From the NCBI GenBank assembly GCA_963765765.1, contig CAVXYC010000016.1, forward strand, positions 14,151 to 78,150: 64,000 nucleotides of DNA, in the 5' to 3' direction. The notes beneath the pieces were generated by a model. That model did not search any database, had not been told where the DNA came from, and saw only the letters and a list, made by a program, of their open reading frames with translations. Source of the DNA: an uncultured Chloroflexia bacterium. GTDB lineage: Bacteria > Chloroflexota > UBA6077 > JACCZL01. Each line of letters opens with the position of its first letter. Position 1 is the stretch's first letter. Shown here one piece after another: positions 56,662 to 64,000 of the stretch. Position numbers and translations under genes: made by a program.

Positions 56662-57502
56662 ATGATGCCCCTCGAAGCGTCCTTTCTGGTCGCGTTCGCC
56701 GGTGGAGTACTCTCGCTGCTCGCGCCGTGCAGTGCGCTCCTGCTGCCGGCGATTTTTTGCATATGCATTCACATCACGCACCGAGCTTCTCGGACGGACA
56801 CTACTGTTCCTCGCCGGACTCTGTACGGTGTTCATCCCACTGGGCCTCGGGGCCTCATTGGTCGCTGCCCTGCTGCTGGACTACCGCGAGACCACGATCA
56901 TCATGGCGGGAAGCCTGCTAATTGCATTCGGAGTGGTGGAAATCCTTGGCGGTGGTTTCTCGCTCGCGCCCCAGGGGCTGGCCAACAGGTTTCAGGCTGG
57001 ACGCTCCGCCACCGCGGCGTACGCAACTGGCCTGGTCTACGGGATTTCGGGGTTTTGCGCCGGCCCCCTTCTGGGAGCGGTGCTCACGGTTGCGGCGACT
57101 TCGCCGAGCCCACTAATTGGCGCGATGCTCCTCTTTACCTATTCATTCGGCACGGCTTTGCCGCTCTTTCTCATCGCATGGCTATGGGATCGATATCAGC
57201 TCGGGTCGAAGGCCTGGCTTCGCGGGCGCGTCATCCGCGTTGGTCCAGTACAGACGCACACGACCAGTCTCATCGCGGGCCTGCTCTTCATCTGCTTCGG
57301 AATCAGCTTCATCGTGTTTCAGGGCGCATCCGTGCTGAGCGGGACGTATGCGAGCCTGGGTCTCGAGGAGCTTGGATTCCGATTGCAGACTCAGCTGCAA
57401 GTCGCGCTGGCAAGATCGCGGGGGTGGGCGCTTATAGCAACGGCCGTCATTCTGGCATTGCTTGGTCTGGCCGTTCGCCAGCTTCGGGCGCTACATGCTT
57501 AG
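56662..57502 (+). CDS. CcdA/DsbD-like membrane disulfide transporter (frameshift near 56755)
   Basis: GGVLSLLAPCSALLLP and FCAGPLLG cysteine motifs. Confidence 0.82.
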
Positions 57503-59304
57503 CCCGGGCAAATGCGCAGGGTAGACGCCTCTCCCGGAGTGAGAGTCAGCGGGATGCCGGAAATGAGTGTGACTCCGCTCACCGAACGGTCCACGCCGTT
57601 GCTGCTCACGGTGTAGGCGGCGTTCGGCGTAGCGGTGAACCATTCCATCCACTGGTTGAGCCGTGGATAATCACTCGGCAAGCCAAGATTGTCACGGTGC
57701 CGTTCGGTATCTACCATCAGTGAGCCGCTCCAGGCGCGCCCCGCCGCGGCATGGAGCAGAAGACAATCGTCTAAGCGAGCCGCGCCCAGCTGCAGACCCG
57801 GCTCCCACGGCTCCAGGCGTGTCCCCTGAGTGAGCCACAGCCCGTAGAGAAGTGTGGTTCGGATGAAGTTCCCATCGATGTTTTCGTCCGTTACGCGACC
57901 ATCGTCTTGCTGGAACCCGAAGAGCGTTCCCATGGCGTGATGCAGCCACGCAACGGCATCGGGATCAGGAATTGTGCGGAGCACGTAAAGCGCACTCTCG
58001 ATGGTGTCGGCATAACCGTCCATGGTGCCGCTATCCCAGGGGTAATCGCCAGTCCGCGCGACGGCGGCAAAGGCTCGGCGCGCGGTTTCCTCGTATCGCT
58101 CGGCGAAGGTCACATCCCCTCCGGGGAGCTGGCGCTCGATGTCCGCCTGGTTTAGATAGGCCTGTGCCAAATAGCCCCAGTTGTCCGTCAAATCAGAATC
58201 GCGAACGCGACCTGACGGAACGTCGATCAGCTCATACCAGAGCCCTTCCGGTGTCCGACCTTTTGTGATAAGTCGATCCAAGAGTTCTCGAATGGCCTTG
58301 CGATGGTGAGTCACGTCTGGCGATCCAATTTCGATTTCCACACGGTGCCACTCGATCAGCCCAGAGACCACCTCGTTCCCATGGTCACCCAGAAAGAATC
58401 GGCGGGGGCCAATCGGCTCGTTCTCGATGAAATCCCAGCGGTGCGCCGGGATGTCCTCAGTTGCGAGAAGCTGCCTATCGAGATAGGCTCTGGCCGTACG
58501 CTCGCCCATCTCTATGTACTGGGTGTCCCGGGTTCCCCAGTAGAGCCGCGAGAGTACCTGGAGAACGTTCCCATTGATCTCAGCGGAGCTGGCCACAATC
58601 GGGCCCTCGCGCGTCGGCGTATTGGCCGCGTCAATGTAACTTCCTGTCACCTGGGTCATCCGTCCTAACCACGGGGTCCGTCCAAGCATTTCGACCATGG
58701 GGAGGAGACCGTCTTTGGTGTACTCCGTGGCGCCGAGAAACACCTTCTCCTCATCCTGGACTTCGGCGGGATCCGAGGACAGGGCAATATCGCGCGGGAG
58801 GCCGGGGGAACGTCGGCGCTCGGCCGAAAGCGTATTCAAGATCTCGTCATAACGTTTGGGCATTAACAGCTTTGCGCCGATTGCTAGGAACGGGAAGAGG
58901 TCCGATGCGGCGTCTTCGTACGTCCAAACACGGCCATCTGGCTTCAGATTGGTGGGGAAGAGTCCCGTCGCAGCATCGCGATGATCGAGCCAGTAACTCG
59001 TGACACGGGCCGCTCGAGCGAACGCGTCACCGCCCAGAACCGCATGAACTCGCGCCAGGGCGCTGGTGTCACGAGCGGCAACAGCATCATTGCGCTCGGC
59101 AAGGAGCCGTTCCCTGGTTGGCGCGTCGATGGTCCCGCCGTCCGGCCGCCCCCATCGGCTCTCACTGGGGCGCAGCGTACACGCCGTGAGGAGAGCAGCG
59201 ACAAGGAGGAGCGAGAGAGGCTGAAACATCGGAATCCGGATCGAGATGCAACCACCGGCCGGTGACGGAGAGGGAATCGCGGATGATACCGGCCCGCACA
59301 TCAT
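57499..59304 (-). CDS. Hypothetical lipoprotein, possibly (alpha/alpha)6-barrel glycosidase-like
   Basis: Long intact ORF, LLTAC lipobox, helical repeats with acidic/aromatic motifs (DAASD, EYTKDGL, DHGNE, DNWGY, DGYAD); start uncertain. Confidence 0.6.
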   Translation of the reverse strand: MMCGPVSSAIPSPSPAGGCISIRIPMFQPLSLLLVAALLTACTLRPSESRWGRPDGGTIDAPTRERLLAERNDAVAARDTSALARVHAVLGGDAFARAARVTSYWLDHRDAATGLFPTNLKPDGRVWTYEDAASDLFPFLAIGAKLLMPKRYDEILNTLSAERRRSPGLPRDIALSSDPAEVQDEEKVFLGATEYTKDGLLPMVEMLGRTPWLGRMTQVTGSYIDAANTPTREGPIVASSAEINGNVLQVLSRLYWGTRDTQYIEMGERTARAYLDRQLLATEDIPAHRWDFIENEPIGPRRFFLGDHGNEVVSGLIEWHRVEIEIGSPDVTHHRKAIRELLDRLITKGRTPEGLWYELIDVPSGRVRDSDLTDNWGYLAQAYLNQADIERQLPGGDVTFAERYEETARRAFAAVARTGDYPWDSGTMDGYADTIESALYVLRTIPDPDAVAWLHHAMGTLFGFQQDDGRVTDENIDGNFIRTTLLYGLWLTQGTRLEPWEPGLQLGAARLDDCLLLHAAAGRAWSGSLMVDTERHRDNLGLPSDYPRLNQWMEWFTATPNAAYTVSSNGVDRSVSGVTLISGIPLTLTPGEASTLRICPG

Positions 59305-59348
59305 AACGGACTACGAACCTATCGCTCCCGTTCAGAGACGCGTAGTCT

Positions 59349-60140
59349 TTGAACGCTCGATCCCTGAATGCCTCCCGATGTTGCGATGATGCGGTATCGA
59401 TCTTGCCTTTGGTATCGGTATCGTGTCTGGAAATTATGTGCAGGCCACACGGCATCCGACGCCCGGCTCTCGATCTCCCCAAGGAGCCATTCGACATCGA
59501 TGTCGTGCTCAACCGCATACGGAAGGCGGTCGCGCCCTTTGCGCCCGCCGCAATGTTTCAGCTTGCGGACGAGGGCTACTCCTCCGTCTTCGAGCAGATT
59601 GTCGCTTGCATCATCTCCACGCGCACTCGGGACGAGACAACGGTAGTCGTTGCCCGAGAGCTTTTCAGTGTCGCGCGTACTCCGCAAGAAATTGCCTATT
59701 TGAGCGTTGCGGAGATCGATCGACTGATACACGCAAGCACATTCCATGGGGCAAAGGCTCCCCAAATTCAGAAGATCGCTCGCCGCGTGCAGGATGAATT
59801 CCGTGGCGATCTTCCGGCCGATGCAGAGCTGCTTATGTCGCTTCCCGGCGTTGGGCCGAAGTGCGCCAACCTCGCGCTCGGTGTCGCTACCGGCCAGGCG
59901 CGGATTTCTGTGGACGTGCACGTGGATCGCATTACCAACCGTTGGGGTTACGTTCGGACTCGCTATCCCGAAGAGACGATGGAGGCTCTGGAGGAGATTC
60001 TTCCGCGTGAGTACTGGATCGAGATCAATCGACTACTCGTCCCGTTTGGTAAGCATGTCTGCACCGGCCCGTTGCCTGCGTGCTCGATCTGCCCTGTTTT
60101 GAGCATGTGTCAACAGGTGGGCGTGACGCGACATCGTTGA
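59349..60140 (+). CDS. nth: Endonuclease III
   Basis: HhH LPGVGPKCA, VDVHV, C-x6-C-x2-C-x5-C Fe-S motif; true start probably downstream. Confidence 0.9.
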   Translation: MNARSLNASRCCDDAVSILPLVSVSCLEIMCRPHGIRRPALDLPKEPFDIDVVLNRIRKAVAPFAPAAMFQLADEGYSSVFEQIVACIISTRTRDETTVVVARELFSVARTPQEIAYLSVAEIDRLIHASTFHGAKAPQIQKIARRVQDEFRGDLPADAELLMSLPGVGPKCANLALGVATGQARISVDVHVDRITNRWGYVRTRYPEETMEALEEILPREYWIEINRLLVPFGKHVCTGPLPACSICPVLSMCQQVGVTRHR

Positions 60141-60566
60141 TGCAGCGAGATCAGACCCGCTCTCCGCGGCCCAGGCTAACTTAAGTACCATCGTCGGCGC
60201 GATTGGTAGTCATATCGACCCGACTACAGCGGCCATGTATTACAGCAACTTCCTCGTATCTCCGTTGGACGTCCCCGGGGACTACCGATATCAAGACTGC
60301 CTCCCGTTTACCTCCGATAGCAATCGGCGATTCACACCATCGACCTGCCCGAGCTCACTCCCTGCTGGCAGACGGGTGTGTGGCCGCAAGGGACTCAGCA
60401 TCGACCAGATAGCTCGTGAACAGGCGCTCTCGTCGCCAGCCGGGCGCTCTCGGTGAACGTAGCGAGCTCCCGAGGTACCCGGTTCTCGCCGGAGAGCTGC
60501 GGCAATGGCTGGGTGATCGTTGAAGCGGAGCCGAGAGGTGGCGAATTAAGCGCCACCCGGACTAGC

Positions 60567-60727
60567 AGAGCCGCATCCCGTCAGGGTGCGGTTCCTCTCG
60601 CGATGACCTCCCATCCCGGCGCGGAACCGAACCGACGACAGAGCCGCGCACGTGAGTAAGCGGCTCCCGCCGAACAACGGCGGGCGGCGATATCGCGAGA
60701 GGAACCGCTTACTCACGTGCGCGGCTC
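60567..60727. repeat. Cluster of AGAGCCGC-type REPs
   Basis: AGAGCCGCATCCCGTCAGGGTGCGG, AGAGCCGCGCACGTGAGTAAGCGG and inverted CCGCTTACTCACGTGCGCGGCTC. Confidence 0.75.
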
Positions 60728-60822
60728 GGAGGCAGGTTGATGAGGGTGATCAGGAGCGGAATTGCTCGCGGGAGGGACGGCGCACTGTCACGGAATGCGG
60801 CTCAGCTGATCCTGCTGGTCCC

Positions 60823-61575
60823 CTAGTTACCGCCTGCCTGAAAAAGCCGCCCGTAGCCGTTGACGAGCCTGGGATTGACGCCTGCCAGACAGAGACCTCG
60901 CCAGAACGTCGCTTGCGCGCTGGTCACGACCGGCACGCCGATGTCCTCTTCGAGCGCTTCGATCATTCCGACCGTAGGGCGGTTTGCGCCGGGGATGTAG
61001 ACCACCTCGGCGGTCGGCGCAGCGCGATGCAGCTCCGCGGCGCCTCGGTAGAAGACGCCGAGAGATTCCGCGCCCGGCTCTCCGTCAACGCCGCTTGGAT
61101 ATCCCGATGCCACCTGCTCGAGGCCGGCGTGGCCGAGGTATTCCGCCATGCCCTGCAACATGGACTCTTCAGCCAGTACCGCGACTTTCGTGACGCCGAG
61201 CGCTTGAAACGCGGCGATGCAGCAGCCAATGTCGCTGGCGAACGGCAGATCGGTAATCGTGGCGACCCGCGCAGCGAGCTCGTCCTCGAATCCCCATCCG
61301 CGCGTGACCACCGGCAGTACGCCGGACTGAACGATGACGTCCACCTTCCGATTCAGTAAGCGTCGGATTGGACCTTCGATCTCCGCGATCGCCCGAGCGT
61401 ACGACTCCTGGCGATTCCCGCCATCAGGGATGCCCATGGACGTCAACACCATCTGCACGCCCTGCGGGGCCATCAAGTAAAACTCGATCGGGTTATTGTC
61501 TGAGACCATGCTCGGCTGGAGCAGGCCAATGCGCGCCCGCCAGCCGTAAGGAGCTCCTGGATACGCCGTCGGCAT
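60823..61575 (-). CDS. Maleate isomerase/arylmalonate decarboxylase (Asp/Glu racemase) family protein
   Basis: YGWRARIGLL.P, ALGVTKVAV, IEALEEDIGVPVVTS.QA, GYGRLF. Confidence 0.8.
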   Translation of the reverse strand: MPTAYPGAPYGWRARIGLLQPSMVSDNNPIEFYLMAPQGVQMVLTSMGIPDGGNRQESYARAIAEIEGPIRRLLNRKVDVIVQSGVLPVVTRGWGFEDELAARVATITDLPFASDIGCCIAAFQALGVTKVAVLAEESMLQGMAEYLGHAGLEQVASGYPSGVDGEPGAESLGVFYRGAAELHRAAPTAEVVYIPGANRPTVGMIEALEEDIGVPVVTSAQATFWRGLCLAGVNPRLVNGYGRLFQAGGN

Positions 61576-61623
61576 GGTGCCTCCAATGCGTGGAGAGTTT
61601 CACGACGGAGTGTAGCTGACAAC

Positions 61624-61653
61624 AGAGCCGCATCCCGTGAGGGTGCGGCTCTG
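61624..61653. repeat. AGAGCCGC-type REP / possible terminator
   Basis: AGAGCCGCATCCCGTGAGGGTGCGGCTCT hairpin 3' of the peroxidase gene. Confidence 0.65.
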
Positions 61654-61664
61654 TTCCGTCGTTG

Positions 61665-63468
61665 TTAGTGAGCGGCCTCTTGCCACGGTGCGAAGGCGTT
61701 CTTTACGCCTCGCAGCGGAGCCGCTAGTGACGGCAAATGCCGCAGCAGGATCGTCGACATGTCCGTATCATCGATCCACTTGAGACCTTCGGGTGTATAC
61801 ACCTCAGGCCTGTAGTCCACAGTGAAGAAGCGATCGCTCTTCAAGCGGCGCGAGGCCATCAGGATAAAGATCCGGAAGGCCGTATCGCTGAAGCCAAAAC
61901 CGAACGGCTTCGGCTCGGCGAACATACCGACCATCAGGTCGACGCGTTCCACGTCTCCGTAGACGCGACGCAGCTCATCGACCCAGACGGGGTTGTCGGT
62001 GAGGTCTTCAAACCTGCGCGCGGGTTTCAGATGCATCAGCCGCCTGAAACGGTTGTAGCGGGGAACGCCGACCTCGCGTATACGCAGGATGTCCGTCGCC
62101 GCCAGGTCCATCATCTTGCCGTCTGGTCGCTCAAACTCCTGCAGAAAGCGGGGAAAGTTGTGCAAGGTTACGGCGCCCGGGTGAGACGTGCCGAAAGAGT
62201 AAAAGAGGTCCGCAAGTGGGACCTGGTCAACGAGCCGAGGGGTATCTGGAGCCTGAGATCTCCCGGAATGTGTACTGCCCCAGGGCCCGATTATCAGCCG
62301 CCGCTCGGAGCGCGTAGTCATCCGGAATTAGCGGATGCATTCGATAGACGGCGGTGAACTCCTCCGTCAGCGAGTATGGCGCGGCATGATGATCGGTGGG
62401 CGAGCCCGGAATACCGGTGATGAGATCGATGCCTCTGCGACCAACCGTTCGAGTGATGCGCTCCTGGAGCACGCCCCACCAGTTGGCCCGCAGTGCGAAC
62501 TGGGTGGTTGGGTGACTGATGATGGCCGGTGTCCACTCAACAGTGTGAATTTTGGCAAGTAGCGCCGCGTTGACCAGCCGCGCGTGATCGAACAGATCAT
62601 CATCCGACCATGATGGGTAGGCGGATCTTAGGTAGTCACAGATTGCGTTGTGCTCGCGTGCGAAAATCGTGTGCAGTATCGCCAGGCCAACCCAGAAGCC
62701 CGGTTCCTGACTCGCGTGCTCCAGAATTTCGCGCGGGAGCATGCCATCTGCTTCCAGCCGCAGCTTGCCTCCTTCGCCCGAGCGAAACATCGCCTGCATC
62801 TGCTTGGTAGTGCCGTACAGGCTTGAGCCGTCCCACCACGGGGACTCGGTGTTGATATAGGTGGGCGGTCCGACGTCACCGATAGATGGTCGAGTAGGAT
62901 CCGGGAAGGTGCGCGGAATCAGCATCGGATTCTGCGGCCAGGAATCGTCAGCTCCCAGCGGCAGTTTCCAGGGATGCTCAATGTCGCCCTTGCCGTGGCT
63001 GAACCAATCGCGAATCATGAACTGGAGCCATGCCGCGGCCAGGACATTGATCGTGGTAGCCGGCTGAAACTGCTCGCGGGTGAGCAGCTCGCGGCTCACG
63101 GTGCGAGGGCTTGGCTCCAGGATGGCCGGCTCGGGCTCCGGGTAGGCTTGCTTGAGAGGAATATTCCGCCCAAAGCGTCGTCCCGCGCTGCCCATGAGCG
63201 GCTCTTGTAAGTCGTTGAACGTCCCGTCCGCCGTTCGGGCGGTGAGATGGCGCTCTCCCTCCGGTATCGGCTCGGGTTGATCCACGGCGGGCAGTACATT
63301 CGTGTTGTGAAGGTTGCGCCAGCGATAGAGCGATCGAAGCGCAATCAAGACTGGCAACGCCAGTGGCGTGGGCAGCTTGTCCCAGCCGATGGAGTTGTCG
63401 ATCTTCACGGCAATTCGCGCGAAGAACGTTGAGATTGGCGACATGCCACGACGGCGTTGTTGGCTCAT
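61665..63468 (-). CDS. Peroxidase-cyclooxygenase superfamily heme enzyme, alpha-dioxygenase-like (frameshift near 62250)
   Basis: RTADGTFNDL, WWDGS, REHNAICD, AKIHTVEWT, YSLTEEFTAVYRMH, MASRRL.SDRFFT. Confidence 0.88.
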
Positions 63469-63580
63469 GGCTGCTTGCCTCCGGCGGCGTTCGGGGTCTC
63501 GGTCAGTGCGATTGTAGGCAGTCTGAACAGGGCTCGTATGACCCAGATGGGGCACGCTCAGACGCTGCCCTGGTTAGAAC

Positions 63581-63678
63581 CGAGCCGCATCCCGTGCGGG
63601 TGCGGTTCCTCTTAAGAACACAGTTACGCCCTCAGTCGGGAAATTCAAGCACGAACTGAACTCACGTGGATGCGGCTT
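63581..63678. repeat. AGAGCCGC-type REP doublet
   Basis: GAGCCGCATCCCGTGCGGGTGCGG ... CTCACGTGGATGCGGCT. Confidence 0.6.
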
Positions 63679-63687
63679 TGAGTTGCG

Positions 63688-64000
63688 CTAGCGCTTCAAA
63701 TCCTCAGCGATCAGCGCGAACTGCTCCAGCGCGGCTTCCAGGTCCTCAACGATCTCGGCCGCGATGATATCTGGGTCGGGCAGGTTGGCTGAGTCCTCGA
63801 GCGACTCGTCGCGGAGCCAGAAAATGTCCAGATTGAGCTTGTCGCGCTTGAGCAGATCGTCATAGTCGAACGACTTGAAGCGCTCGGACTCGGTGGGCTG
63901 GTGGCGGTTCTCGGGGTTCAAGCAGGCGACGAAGTCGTCCAGGTGGGCTGCGCTGGAGCGGATTCTCCTTCAGCGTAAAGTGCTGGTTCGTGCGCAGGTC
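63688..64000 (-). CDS. hsdM: Type I restriction-modification methyltransferase subunit, C-terminal part (runs off window)
   Basis: DLRTN.HFTLK.N, RDKLNLDIFWLRDESLEDSANLPDPDIIAAEIVEDLEAALEQF. Confidence 0.85.

Noticed and set aside
60170-60456. Small ORF MYYSNFLVSP...
   Set aside because: Possibly a gene fragment, but no RBS or recognisable family; unsupported

Overview
GC-rich bacterial window. Gene content (LLM/F420 oxidoreductases, CMD/AhpD proteins, Rieske oxygenase, Fe/polyamine-type ABC binding protein, transposase types) suggests Chloroflexota, but that assignment is inference. Many genes are split by single-base indels, most likely long-read assembly errors. It is an accessory and metabolic region with IS110, IS630, IS66 and ISKra4-type elements and several families of palindromic REP-like repeats. 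Best observations: (1) a gene missing from the ORF track at 2062-2340(-), encoding an AhpD/CMD-fold protein with an in-frame UGA in a C-E-P-U motif followed by a bacterial SECIS hairpin, upstream of two CMD paralogs that lack CxxC; (2) an IS621-like IS110 element whose bridge-RNA guide segments can be read from the sequence and match its own donor junction and a GTAG REP target; (3) a translationally coupled glycosylation operon containing a ~1375-aa DUF2079-like membrane domain fused to a GH31 glycosidase; (4) three identically spaced promoter motifs defining a local regulon of an adjacent SigG-like ECF sigma factor. All family assignments are from motif recognition by eye; no database searches were run.
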